Shown one piece after another: positions 55,144 to 64,000 of a stretch of 64,000 bases of DNA. The stretch spans positions 14,099 to 78,098 of the forward strand of contig CAZNGF010000001.1 in NCBI GenBank assembly GCA_964572855.1, in the 5' to 3' direction. Numbering within the stretch: position 1 is the first letter of the stretch; each line of letters begins with the position of its first letter. The stretch comes from an uncultured Thermotogae bacterium. Its GTDB lineage: Bacteria > Bipolaricaulota > Bipolaricaulia > RBG-16-55-9 > JAJCYT01. The notes below the pieces were generated by a model, which saw only the letters and a program-made list of their open reading frames with translations, did no database searches and was not told the origin of the DNA. A program made the translations under genes and the position numbers.

Positions 55144-56334
55144 ATGAACAGGCCAGGGCAACAGCAGTGGGTGTTCATTGTGATCTTGGTGATATTGGCG
55201 TTGTGGATGTTGAATGACATAACTGTTTGGCAGGGAAGACAGCAGGTTAGAGATCAGTCAGATCTGCGTGACGCATTATTTAGAATTGCAAGTGCAGCAC
55301 TTGCTGTTGCAGATATCACTAGAGAAGATATTGAGGAGCGGTATTTAGGAGAAGCTAGGTGGGTTTCCTCAGATGAAAGGCATCAGTTAAATAGTTTCCT
55401 TATTCAATTGGAGCAATTGCTTCAGCAGGAGTCGACAACCAAAAACCTAGAGGCAAGCCAGGTATTGTCTGGCACCTTGTTGGGGTTAGGCCAGGCATTT
55501 CGTGCTTCTCATGCTGAAGCTGATGCGATTGTAAACGGTCAACTCTTCGTTGAGAATTTACTCGACCCCATGGGCCCGGGGCTGTTCCTGATGCTGCACT
55601 TCATGCAGCAAGCGACCTCGCAACTCGCTTGGAATACCAACAGCACCGACTGGGAAAGCTACATTCCCGTACAAGACTTCGCCGCGCTGGGGACGTTCCT
55701 CAACATGCTCAGGAACGAGACCACGATCAACACGGACAACGCCGTCGCGCTCCTCTCGCAGGTGGGCCGCTTGTCCCAGCGCGCGCTGGGAGAGGGACCC
55801 ACGCCTCAGATCAAGCAAGCGCTGGCCCGTGCGGGCTTTCTGACCGAACTGGCTGTCGAGGCCCAAGCCGCGGGTCTGAGGACCAGCTGGGACTTTGCGG
55901 TCTTGGGCGAGATCGAAGGCGAGCCGCTCGACTTCACGCTCCGCTCGCGCCGCTTGGTCGCGGGCGACGAGCCCACGCCCGTCGCAGGGCTGGTGCAGCC
56001 CGCCCTGGTCGATGAGGCCGGGGCCCAGGCGCTGTGGGCACGGATCAACGCAACGGACAACGCCCTCCGCTCCAAGCGCGCGGCCGACCTGCTGGCCGTG
56101 CTGGTGGCGCAGGCCGGGGAGGCGTCGCTCGCGGCGCTGTGCGCGGACGTGCGAGCCCAGCGGACACACGCCTTCGTGGTCGTCGTGGCCAACGGGCGCA
56201 CGGCCTGCCACAGCGCCCAAAGCACGGCGGATGCCAAGCTGCTGGGCGCCGGGCGCGCCCGAGCCGAGCTGGCCCAGCAGGTCTGCGACCTGGAAGTCAC
56301 GCTCTGTGGGAATGAAAGAACCGTTGGTCGTTGA
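55144..56334 (+). CDS. Membrane-anchored paralog of the C-terminal module of the upstream lipoprotein (unknown function)
   Basis: 396 aa with an N-terminal TM anchor (WVFIVILVILALWML). It is co-linear with the module of the 52292-55060 protein and ends with the same QVCDLEVTLCG motif. The first ~420 nt are markedly AT-rich. Confidence 0.75.
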   Translation: MNRPGQQQWVFIVILVILALWMLNDITVWQGRQQVRDQSDLRDALFRIASAALAVADITREDIEERYLGEARWVSSDERHQLNSFLIQLEQLLQQESTTKNLEASQVLSGTLLGLGQAFRASHAEADAIVNGQLFVENLLDPMGPGLFLMLHFMQQATSQLAWNTNSTDWESYIPVQDFAALGTFLNMLRNETTINTDNAVALLSQVGRLSQRALGEGPTPQIKQALARAGFLTELAVEAQAAGLRTSWDFAVLGEIEGEPLDFTLRSRRLVAGDEPTPVAGLVQPALVDEAGAQALWARINATDNALRSKRAADLLAVLVAQAGEASLAALCADVRAQRTHAFVVVVANGRTACHSAQSTADAKLLGAGRARAELAQQVCDLEVTLCGNERTVGR

Positions 56335-56472
56335 GATCGATTGCACGCTGATGTCGCGGTATTATCACGGAGTTAGGGCTGTTGGCGCATAGGAGATGTT
56401 GTGAAATCTCGGAATTGAGCATGGTGCCCAGTGGTGCTGTCCTGGATCAATTGGTCACGGTAGGGGGCTTGG

Positions 56473-57546
56473 TTGCACAGCGAAGCGAGACGGATTCTTG
56501 TCGTCAACACCGGCGGCACGATCATGATGGTGCGCGACGGCGACGATCCCAGCTCGCCCTGGCGGCCCGGGGACTACGCGCGCGTGACGCGGGACTACCC
56601 GGCGCTCTCCGCGCTTCCGTTCGAGCTCACCTTCCACAGCTTCGACCCGCTGATCGACTCCTCGGACATGACCGAGGCCGGCTGGCGCGAGATCGCGGGG
56701 GTGATCGGGCGGCACTACGACCGGGTCGACGGCGTCGTCGTGCTGCACGGCACGGACACGATGTGCTACACGGCCGCGGCGCTCTCGTTCCTGCTCGAAA
56801 ACCTGGGCAAACCCGTCGTGCTGACGGGCGCGCAGCTCCCCCTGATCGTCCCGCGCAGCGACGGGCTGCAGAACTTCGTGACCGCGCTCTGCATCGCGGC
56901 CGGTCTCGACGTGAGCGACGGGGGCGCGCTGCCCCCCCTGCCCGAGGTCTGCATCTACTTCGGCGGCAAGCTGCTGCGGGGCAACCGGGCGCGCAAGCTG
57001 AGCGCGAGCGCCTACGCGGGCTTCGAGTCGCCCAACTTCCCGCCGCTGGGCGCGGTGGGCAAGCGCATCGAGCTCGACGCAAAACGCATACGCCCGCTGC
57101 CTGACGGGCCGTTTCGCGCCGGCTCGGCGCTCGACACGCGCGTGATGACCCTGGACCTGTTCCCCGGTTTCGACCCGGATTGGTTTCAAACCCTGGTCAC
57201 GCACGAGGCCGCCGACGGCCCCGGCGCGCGCGGGCTCGTGCTCAAGACGTTCGGGGCCGGCAACGCGCCCACGAGCCGGCGCTTCCTGGACGCGCTGGCA
57301 TCGGTCCGCGAGCGCGGGATTCCGGTCGTCAACGTGTCGCAGTGCCCGCAAGGAGCAGTCGAGCTCGGGGCCTACCAGGCCAGCGTCGGGATGCTGGAGG
57401 CGGGCGTCATCAGCGGGCTCGACCTGACCCCCGAGGCCGCGCTCTGCAAGCTCATGTGGCTGCTGGGCCGGGGGCTCGATCGGGAAGCGATCGCACGAGA
57501 AATGGGGCGCTCCCAGCGCGGCGAAGGGGGCGCGCCCCCCGACTGA
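56473..57546 (+). CDS. ansA: L-asparaginase, type I (cytoplasmic)
   Basis: A TGGTI catalytic threonine motif near the N-terminus (ILVVNTGGTIMM), HGTDTM, and type-I asparaginase architecture. The start is probably TTG at 56473, with AGGGGG 5 nt upstream. Confidence 0.85.
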   Translation: MHSEARRILVVNTGGTIMMVRDGDDPSSPWRPGDYARVTRDYPALSALPFELTFHSFDPLIDSSDMTEAGWREIAGVIGRHYDRVDGVVVLHGTDTMCYTAAALSFLLENLGKPVVLTGAQLPLIVPRSDGLQNFVTALCIAAGLDVSDGGALPPLPEVCIYFGGKLLRGNRARKLSASAYAGFESPNFPPLGAVGKRIELDAKRIRPLPDGPFRAGSALDTRVMTLDLFPGFDPDWFQTLVTHEAADGPGARGLVLKTFGAGNAPTSRRFLDALASVRERGIPVVNVSQCPQGAVELGAYQASVGMLEAGVISGLDLTPEAALCKLMWLLGRGLDREAIAREMGRSQRGEGGAPPD

Positions 57547-57547
57547 C

Positions 57548-58330
57548 TTAAGCGCTTGAGCCGATGACCTCGATCATCGCCCCGTGCACGCGGCCGTTGG
57601 AGGCCACGATCTCGCCGCGGCCCAGGTCCGGTTTGTGGCCGGCGAAGTCGCTCACGCGCCCGCGGGCCTCTTCGACCGCAAGCGCGCCGGCGGCCACGTC
57701 CCAGGGTTGCAGGTTGAACTCCCAGAAGCCGTCCAAGCGCCCGGCCGCCAGCCAGCACAGATCGAGCGCGGCCGCGCCGTTGCGGCGGATCCCCTGCGCT
57801 TGATGCGCGAAGCGCCCGAACAGCTCCAAGGCGCGCGCCATGCGCTCGCGTTGATACGGGAACCCCGTGGCCAACAGGCTTTCGGACAACGTTCCGATCG
57901 CCGACACGCCGATCGGCTTCCCGTTGAGCGTCGCGCCGCCGCCGCGGGCGGCCACGAACGTCTCGCCCAGGACCGGCGCCTGCACGACGCCCAGGATCGG
58001 CTCGCCGTCGCGCTCGAGCGCGATCGAGACGCAGAAGAACGGGTTGGCGTGCGCGAAGTTGGTCGTGCCGTCCAGCGGGTCGACTACCCAGCGGTAGGGT
58101 GAGTCGCTGCGGCGGTCCACGCCCTCCTCGGACAACACGGCGTGCTCGGGGAAGCGCGCCGCCAGCACGTCCAACACGGCCTCCTGCGCGCGGCCGTCGT
58201 ACTCGGTCAGCAGATCCGTGGCGCTGCTCTTGGTGCGGACGGCGCCGGCCCGGCCGAAGCCGCTCAAGAGCACCTCGCCGGCGCGCGCTGCGGCGTCCAG
58301 CGCCGCTTGTCTCAGAGCGTCCAGGTCCAC
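57548..58330 (-). CDS. Inositol monophosphatase family protein (SuhB/IMPase-like)
   Basis: About 260 aa from a GTG start (VDLDALRQAALDAAARAG...). Motifs WVVDPLDGTTNF and the GRLDGFWEF region are present. The track ORF (348 aa) runs on into surE. Confidence 0.8.
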   Translation of the reverse strand: MDLDALRQAALDAAARAGEVLLSGFGRAGAVRTKSSATDLLTEYDGRAQEAVLDVLAARFPEHAVLSEEGVDRRSDSPYRWVVDPLDGTTNFAHANPFFCVSIALERDGEPILGVVQAPVLGETFVAARGGGATLNGKPIGVSAIGTLSESLLATGFPYQRERMARALELFGRFAHQAQGIRRNGAAALDLCWLAAGRLDGFWEFNLQPWDVAAGALAVEEARGRVSDFAGHKPDLGRGEIVASNGRVHGAMIEVIGSSA

Positions 58331-59085
58331 GCGCGCATCGCCTCCAGCAGCTTCGGGTCGGTGCGGTTCAGGCTCAGCGGCGTGACCGTGACCCAGCCCG
58401 CGTGGAGCCGGGCGTAGTCGCCGCCGTCGTCGTGGTCGTCCAAAATCTTTTTGTGCTCCTTGATCAGCACGCGGCGCCCGTTTTCGGAAGGCCCCCACTC
58501 GAAGTGCGGCAGATAGCGCTGCATGGCCTGGGTGCCGCTCCAGATCCCGCGCACGCGCTCGGGCGGCAGCGCGGGCAGGTTGACGTTGAGGCACGTCCCC
58601 GGCGGCAGCTCCTGCGCGAGCACCTGGTCCAGCACGAGCGCGCTCAGGCGCGCCGCCTCCTCCAGGTCCGGCGCCTCCCCGTCGAGCAACTGCAGCGAGA
58701 ACGCGATCCCGCGGTGCCCCTGCAGCGCCCCCTCGCAGGCCGCCCCGATCGTGCCGGAGTAGAACGCGTCCACCCCCACGTTGGCGCCCAGGTTGATGCC
58801 CGAAACGACCCAGTCCACCTCGCCTTCCAGGAAGAGCGCGACCTTGACGCAGTCCACCGGCGTGCCCGCGACCGCGTAGGCGGGTTGCCGCTGGAACAGC
58901 TCGACCTGGCGGAAGGCGACGGGGCCCCGGTGCGTGAAGGCGTGGCTCGAGCCGCTGCGCTCGGCGTCCGGCGCGGCCACGACCAGCGCGCCGCGGGAGG
59001 CCAGCACCCGCGCCAGCGCGCGCAGGCCGGCGGAGTCGATCCCGTCGTCGTTGGACAACAAAAAACGCGTGCTCATGTGCCTCAC
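58312..59085 (-). CDS. surE: 5'/3'-nucleotidase SurE
   Basis: The FLLSNDDGIDSAGL N-terminal motif gives a full-length SurE. Confidence 0.88.
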   Translation of the reverse strand: MRHMSTRFLLSNDDGIDSAGLRALARVLASRGALVVAAPDAERSGSSHAFTHRGPVAFRQVELFQRQPAYAVAGTPVDCVKVALFLEGEVDWVVSGINLGANVGVDAFYSGTIGAACEGALQGHRGIAFSLQLLDGEAPDLEEAARLSALVLDQVLAQELPPGTCLNVNLPALPPERVRGIWSGTQAMQRYLPHFEWGPSENGRRVLIKEHKKILDDHDDGGDYARLHAGWVTVTPLSLNRTDPKLLEAMRAWTWTL

Positions 59086-59115
59086 TCCGTGTCGTCTGGG
59101 GAATGGGAGAGCGGG

Positions 59116-59853
59116 TCAGCGTCCCAACAAGAGCCGATTATACAGGGATTGGGGCAGATTCGCCTCCCGCACGGCCGGGGCCGCGCGCTCGACGTCGTAT
59201 TCGAGCCGGTGAAAGGTGACGGTCTCCTCGCTCCCGGTTCGCTCGTACACCGCGAACGCCAGGCGCCAATCGCCGTCGCGCGGCTGGCCCACGCTGCCGG
59301 GGTTGAGCAGGTAGCGCGCGTCGGGTTCCAGCGCCAGCGTCTGGCAGCCGGGCACCCCGCCGCCGTCCACGTCGTTGTCCCGTTCGACGAAGACGGTGGG
59401 CACGTGCGAGTGCCCGAACCAGCAGAGCCGCTGCTCGACGTGGCGGAAGCTGAGGTAGGCCGTGCGGCGGTCGGTGACGTATTCCCAGAGGGGATCGCGC
59501 GGGCTGCCGTGCGTGACGAACATGTCGCGATGGGCGGTCTGTGGCGGGCAGCCTTTGAGGAACTCCAGGGACGCGTCGGACAGCTGCGCGCGCGTCCAGC
59601 GGGCGGCCGCCGCGGCCGTGCCGTTGAAGCGTGCCAGCTCGATCTCGCCGACGACCGCCGCGTCGTGGTTCCCCTGCAGGCACAGCTCGCAGCGCGCACG
59701 CACGCGCGCGACGCACTCGTCCGGCCACGGGCCGTAGCCCACCACGTCACCGCAACAGAGGACGGCCTCGACCCCCTGTTCGTCGAGCGCCGCCAGCGCC
59801 GCCTCGAGCGCCGGGAGGTTGCCGTGCACGTCGGAGATGAGGCCGAGCTTCAT
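59116..59853 (-). CDS. Metallophosphoesterase (calcineurin-like, YfcE/MJ0936 family)
   Basis: Motifs MKLGLISDVHGN, GDVVGYG, GNHD and GHSH. Confidence 0.85.
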   Translation of the reverse strand: MKLGLISDVHGNLPALEAALAALDEQGVEAVLCCGDVVGYGPWPDECVARVRARCELCLQGNHDAAVVGEIELARFNGTAAAAARWTRAQLSDASLEFLKGCPPQTAHRDMFVTHGSPRDPLWEYVTDRRTAYLSFRHVEQRLCWFGHSHVPTVFVERDNDVDGGGVPGCQTLALEPDARYLLNPGSVGQPRDGDWRLAFAVYERTGSEETVTFHRLEYDVERAAPAVREANLPQSLYNRLLLGR

Positions 59854-60488
59854 GCCAACCGGTCCAGCACGGCTGCAAGCGCCTCACTGTGGCGTGCCTC
59901 GAGCGAGCGGGCCAGCTCGGCGCGCTTGGCGCGGTAGTCCGCCGAGAACGCCTCGTCCCGAATCGAACCCAGGTTGATGTCGACGTTGAGCAGGGCCGCC
60001 TGCGCCGCGGCGTGGGCCAGGTGGACCGCCGCGGCCGCGTCGCTGGCCGCGTTGCGGTTGCCCTCTGCGATGGCTCCCGCGGCGAGGGTCAGCACCCCGA
60101 GCGCCGCCCGCGCGGTCTCGTAGGGCACCTCGGTGGCGTCCCGCAGGGCCGCTTGTACGCGTTCGGCGCGCGCGCTTTTCTGCTCCTCGGTGTCCTTTGG
60201 GAGCCGGAAGGCGTCCATCACGGCGTCGAAGGCCGCCACGTCGCGCTCGACGCCGTCCAGCAGCTCGGCGCGCAAGGCCTCGGCGCGCTCCAGGCGCTCG
60301 GCCATGGCCTCCCGCACGCGCTCGTAGCCCTTCTTGTCCAACGTCAGGCGCGCCACCATCGCCACCAGCGCCGCGGCCATGGCGCCGGTGACACCTGCCG
60401 CGCCGCCGCCGCCCGGCGTGGCCGTGCCGGCCGCCAGGGAGTCCAGCACCTCGGACAGCGCCTGATCGCGTAAGGAAGGTTCAGGCAT
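59850..60488 (-). CDS. Cyclodeaminase/cyclohydrolase family protein (FTCD C-terminal domain, FchA-like)
   Basis: 212 aa and all-alpha. Its N-terminal region (GTATPGGGGAAGVTGAMAAAL) is the FTCD_C signature. Confidence 0.7.
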   Translation of the reverse strand: MPEPSLRDQALSEVLDSLAAGTATPGGGGAAGVTGAMAAALVAMVARLTLDKKGYERVREAMAERLERAEALRAELLDGVERDVAAFDAVMDAFRLPKDTEEQKSARAERVQAALRDATEVPYETARAALGVLTLAAGAIAEGNRNAASDAAAAVHLAHAAAQAALLNVDINLGSIRDEAFSADYRAKRAELARSLEARHSEALAAVLDRLA

Positions 60489-61002
60489 CGCGCTTCCAGT
60501 ACACGCGCGCGAAGCGCGAACCGTCGGCGTACTTGATCTCCAGGTCGCCCGAGTGCGCGTTGTGGACGGCCTTCCCGATCCGCTGCGCCAGGTGGACGTT
60601 GGTGGTGGCGATCTCGACCTCGCCGTCGCCGCGCTCGACCCACATCACGCGCTGCAGCGGCCGGTCGGCGCGCGCCTGCTGCTCCTGGTTCTTGACGACG
60701 TTGAGGATCTCGCTCAGCTTGTGCTTGTCGCGCAGGTAGCCGCCGCTCAGGAACACGAGCCCGCCCGGCTCGCCGTCCGAGATGCGCCGACAGGCGGGGC
60801 AGCGTTCACGGTGGGGATCGCCCGCCGGGGGCGTGTCGGGGTCGGCCTGGCTCCAGCGCCCCTTGTGGTAGACGAGCGCGCAATTCGTACAGATGGTGGG
60901 TTCGGGATACTTCCGCTTCTCGTGGTACGGGCTCTTGGAGTCGTCGCCCAGGTTGCCCTGCCGCAAGTCCCCTCGCATGGAATCACCTCGATCAGGGATC
61001 AC
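60481..61002 (-). CDS. Zinc-ribbon hypothetical protein (CxxC...CxxC; possibly NMD3-like)
   Basis: 173 aa with the Cys pairs CTNC and CPAC. GC3 bias indicates coding. The family assignment is uncertain. Confidence 0.45.
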   Translation of the reverse strand: MIPDRGDSMRGDLRQGNLGDDSKSPYHEKRKYPEPTICTNCALVYHKGRWSQADPDTPPAGDPHRERCPACRRISDGEPGGLVFLSGGYLRDKHKLSEILNVVKNQEQQARADRPLQRVMWVERGDGEVEIATTNVHLAQRIGKAVHNAHSGDLEIKYADGSRFARVYWKRDA

Positions 61003-61143
61003 CCCTCAGGGTACTCCCCCCGGTAAACGATGTCAAAATCGCTCTATAACGTCCTTTTAGCATATCGGGCGGCCGCGCCGGACATGACGGCCGCCGTTGT
61101 TTCGTTTCGACCGGTCTGGTACCTTGATCCGGGGTGAAAACTT

Positions 61144-62769
61144 ATGCATCCACGCTGGAGATTCGACCGACCCACCAACGGCTTCAACCTGATGCCCTCG
61201 TATGCCTCTGGAACCCCCGAACGGGAGAAACTGCTGGAGGCGCTCGAGGCGCGCAAACACAAGACCGACACCGTCCCCCTGATCATCGACGGGGAGGAAG
61301 TCGAAACCGAGAACACCTTCGACGTTGTCTGCCCGCACGACCACGGCCGCGTGCTGGCCAAGGCGCACCTGGCCGGCGAGGCCGAGCTCGAGCGCGCGAT
61401 CGAGGCGGCCCTGGCCGCGCACGAGGCTTGGGCCACCATGGACGGCTACCAGCGCGCGGCCGTGTTCCACCGCGCCACCGACCTGCTGGAAGGACCCAGG
61501 CGTTACGACACCGTGGCCACCATCATGCTGAACCAGTCCAAGACGCCGTATGAAGCCGAGATCGACCTGATCGAGCTGATCGATTTTCTGCGCTTCAACG
61601 CCTACTACATGCAGACGCTCTACGAGGACCAGCCCAACCAGGCCCCAGGCGAGTTCAACCGGCTCGACTGGCGCCCGCTAGAGGGCTTCGTGCTGGCCGT
61701 GCCGCCGTTCAACTTCTTCGCCATCGGCGGCAATTTGCCCACCGCGCCGGCCATCGTGGGCAACGTGGCGCTCTGGAAGCCCGCGCGCTCGGTGACGCTG
61801 GCCAACTACCTCATCATGCGGGCGTTGCTGGACGCCGGGCTGCCCGCGGGCGTGATCAACTTCGTGCCGTTTTCGAGCCGCGACGCCAATGCGGCGCTCG
61901 ACCACCCCATGCTGGCCGGTTTGCACTTCACGGGCAGCTACGAGACGCTGGTCGAGATCTGGCAGCGCGTGGGCCAAAACCTGACGCGCTACAAGAACTT
62001 CCCTAGAATCGTGGGCGAGACCGGCGGCAAGGACTTCATCGTGGCGCACCCCTCGGCCGACGCCGAGGAAGTGGCCAACAACGCCGTGCGCGGCGCCTTC
62101 GAGTACCAGGGCCAGAAGTGTTCGGCCTGCTCGCGCCTGTTCGTGCCCGAGAGCCTCTGGCCGCGGGTCAAGGACGGGATGCTGCGGCGCTTGCAGGAGA
62201 TCAAGGTCGGCCCCACCGAGGAGCTGGACACGTTCGTGGGCGCGATCATCACCGAGGACGCTTACCGGAAGATCGTCGCCTACCTCGAGCACGCCAAGTC
62301 GCAACCCGACGAGTACGAGTTCCTCTTCGGCGGCGAGTACGACGATTCGAAGGGCTGGTTCGTCACCCCCACCGTTATCGTGAGCCAAAAGCCCGACAAC
62401 AAGCTCATGTGCGAGGAGATCTTCGGCCCCGTGTTGAGCGTCTACGTCTACCCCGACGCCGAGTTCGAGCGCACGCTGGAGGTGTGCGACGCTTCAGCGC
62501 CGTTTGCGCTCACGGGCGCGATCTTCGCCAAGGACCGCGCCGCGGTCGCGCTGGCCGAGCGCAAATTGCGCTACGCGGCCGGCAACTTCTACATCAACGA
62601 CAAGCCCACGGGATCGATCGTGGGGCGCCAGCCCTTTGGCGGCGCGCGCCACTCGGGCACCAACGACAAGGCCGGCTCCTGGGTCAACCTGGCCCGCTGG
62701 CTCAGCCCGCGCGCCATCAAGGAAACCCTGGTCCCGCCGCGCGAGTGGCAGCGGCCCTACATGGAGTAA
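61144..62769 (+). CDS. pruA: L-glutamate gamma-semialdehyde (1-pyrroline-5-carboxylate) dehydrogenase
   Basis: ALDH superfamily with the RocA/PruA family signature. It has a catalytic Cys region (GQKCSACSR) and the motif ETGGKDF. The start may be the Met at about 61192. Confidence 0.85.
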   Translation: MHPRWRFDRPTNGFNLMPSYASGTPEREKLLEALEARKHKTDTVPLIIDGEEVETENTFDVVCPHDHGRVLAKAHLAGEAELERAIEAALAAHEAWATMDGYQRAAVFHRATDLLEGPRRYDTVATIMLNQSKTPYEAEIDLIELIDFLRFNAYYMQTLYEDQPNQAPGEFNRLDWRPLEGFVLAVPPFNFFAIGGNLPTAPAIVGNVALWKPARSVTLANYLIMRALLDAGLPAGVINFVPFSSRDANAALDHPMLAGLHFTGSYETLVEIWQRVGQNLTRYKNFPRIVGETGGKDFIVAHPSADAEEVANNAVRGAFEYQGQKCSACSRLFVPESLWPRVKDGMLRRLQEIKVGPTEELDTFVGAIITEDAYRKIVAYLEHAKSQPDEYEFLFGGEYDDSKGWFVTPTVIVSQKPDNKLMCEEIFGPVLSVYVYPDAEFERTLEVCDASAPFALTGAIFAKDRAAVALAERKLRYAAGNFYINDKPTGSIVGRQPFGGARHSGTNDKAGSWVNLARWLSPRAIKETLVPPREWQRPYME

Positions 62770-62855
62770 AACGCAACCGTCCCCGTCCCCTTGGGTTTGA
62801 CTCCTGGGGGACGGGGGAACTTAGCTTTGACACTCTTGAGGCGCTTCTTTCACGC

Positions 62856-64000
62856 TCAAGGTGTCCCCGTGATCGTGATCGTCACGATCGCCGTGGCGGT
62901 GGCGCCGTCGGCGTCCTGGATCATGTAACTGAAGCTGTCCGTGGCCGTCTCGCCCTCGGCTAGGCCCGTGAACTGACCGTTCGGATCGTAGCTGAACGAT
63001 CCGTCGGCGTTGACCGTCGCCTGACCCGTGGTGCCCGAGGTGTCGCTGCCAATGACGATCAGATCGTCGCCGTCGGGATCGTTGTCGTTTGTCAGCACGT
63101 TGCCACTGAGGGGACTGTCCTCGTCCGTGCTTCCGCTGTCGTTGGACGCTATCGGTGCCGGGTTGGTCAGCGTCCAGGTGAACGACGCGCCCACCGTACC
63201 GCCGTTGCCGTCGTTGGCCGTGACGGTCACCGAGTACGGGCTGTTCTGCGAGGTGCTGCTATCGATCGTCCCGCCGATGACGCCCGTGGCCGCATCGATG
63301 CTCAAGCCGGTCGGCAGCCCCGTCGCCGTGAAGCTGAGCGTATCCGAGCTGTCGACGTCGCTGAAGTTGCCGGAGACGTCCAGGTTGACGGAGTCACCGT
63401 CCATATTGGTCTGATCCGAGATGGCGGAGGACGTGGGCGCGTCGTTGGCGCCGGTGATCGTGATCGTCACGGTGGCGGTGTCCATCGCGCCGTCGGCGTC
63501 CTGCACGGTGTAGCCGAAGCTGTCCGTCGCCGACTCGCCCATGGCCAGGTCCTCGAACTGCCCGTTCGGGTCGTAAGTGAACGTGCCGTCGCCGTTGTCG
63601 GTCACCGTCCCCGGCGTGCTCGAGTCGTCGAAGGAGCTGACGCTGAGCGTGTCGCCGTCAGGGTCCGTGTCGTTGTCGAGCACGTTGGCCGTGGTGATCG
63701 CCGTGTCCTCGTCCGTGCTCGCGCTGTCGCCGGACGCGGTCGGGGTCGGGTTGGTCACCGTCCAGGCGAAGCTTTCCGAGGCACTGCCGCCGTTGCCGTC
63801 GTCGGCCGTGACGGTCACCGAGTAGGGACTGTTCTGCGAGGCGCTTGCATCCAACGTCCCGCTGATGACGCCGGTATTGGCGTCGATGCTGAGGCCGGTG
63901 GGCAGGCCGGTCGCGCTGAAGCTGAGGCTGTCGCCGCTGTCGACGTCGCTGAAGTTGCCGGAGACATCGAGATTGACCGACTCGCCGTCCGCGCTCGACT
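62856..64000 (-). CDS. Large repetitive surface protein with cadherin-like/VCBS-type Ig repeats. Partial: the 5' end lies outside the window.
   Basis: Repeats of about 95 aa with the pattern SQNSPYSVTVTA.DGNGG....F.WT.TNP.P....D...TDED....NVL.ND.DPDGD.L...DPNGQF..LA.GE.ATDSF.Y...DADGA...A.VTITITG. The frame continues to the window end. Confidence 0.75.
   Translation of the reverse strand, partial: SSADGESVNLDVSGNFSDVDSGDSLSFSATGLPTGLSIDANTGVISGTLDASASQNSPYSVTVTADDGNGGSASESFAWTVTNPTPTASGDSASTDEDTAITTANVLDNDTDPDGDTLSVSSFDDSSTPGTVTDNGDGTFTYDPNGQFEDLAMGESATDSFGYTVQDADGAMDTATVTITITGANDAPTSSAISDQTNMDGDSVNLDVSGNFSDVDSSDTLSFTATGLPTGLSIDAATGVIGGTIDSSTSQNSPYSVTVTANDGNGGTVGASFTWTLTNPAPIASNDSGSTDEDSPLSGNVLTNDNDPDGDDLIVIGSDTSGTTGQATVNADGSFSYDPNGQFTGLAEGETATDSFSYMIQDADGATATAIVTITITGTP

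Noticed and set aside
56335-56472. Putative promoter TTGCAC...TATTAT upstream of the asparaginase gene
   Set aside because: The spacer between the hexamers is only about 13 nt, too short for a functional sigma-70 promoter.

Overview
High-GC (~68%) bacterial chromosomal window of about 63 genes. It carries an unlinked 23S-5S rRNA operon with no 16S gene, and the 23S gene is split by a ~680 bp intron at the classical I-CeuI site (E. coli position 1923) that encodes a single-motif LAGLIDADG homing endonuclease. The gene order efp-amaP-DUF2273-nusB-folD and phoH-7TMR-HD is the terrabacterial type. At least two genes have a -10 box about 6 nt from the start codon, implying leaderless mRNAs. Together these suggest a Deinococcota- or Chloroflexota-like lineage; I cannot assign it from sequence alone.

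The rest is mostly housekeeping (secA, asnS, ansA, tatC, maf, surE, suhB-like, an ABC-F ATPase, CCA-adding enzyme, folate genes) plus a two-component system, a 1011-aa SARP/NB-ARC/TPR regulator, and several signal-peptide proteins built from FN3-like, TIG and PKD domains. There are intact and decayed toxin-antitoxin loci. The most unusual content is:
- a tandem pair of paralogous membrane/lipoprotein genes (52292-56334) of unknown function, each with a sharply low-GC internal segment and a (TCTCA)6 microsatellite in the 5' UTR of the first gene;
- a ~460 bp AT-rich islet (39616-40077) carrying an ORFan;
- a perfect TGTGA-N6-TCACA box between a crp-family gene and an O-antigen-ligase/LamG/TPR fusion gene.

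No CRISPR array or tRNA gene was recognised. Coordinates of starts and short motifs were counted by hand and may be off by 1-3 nt.
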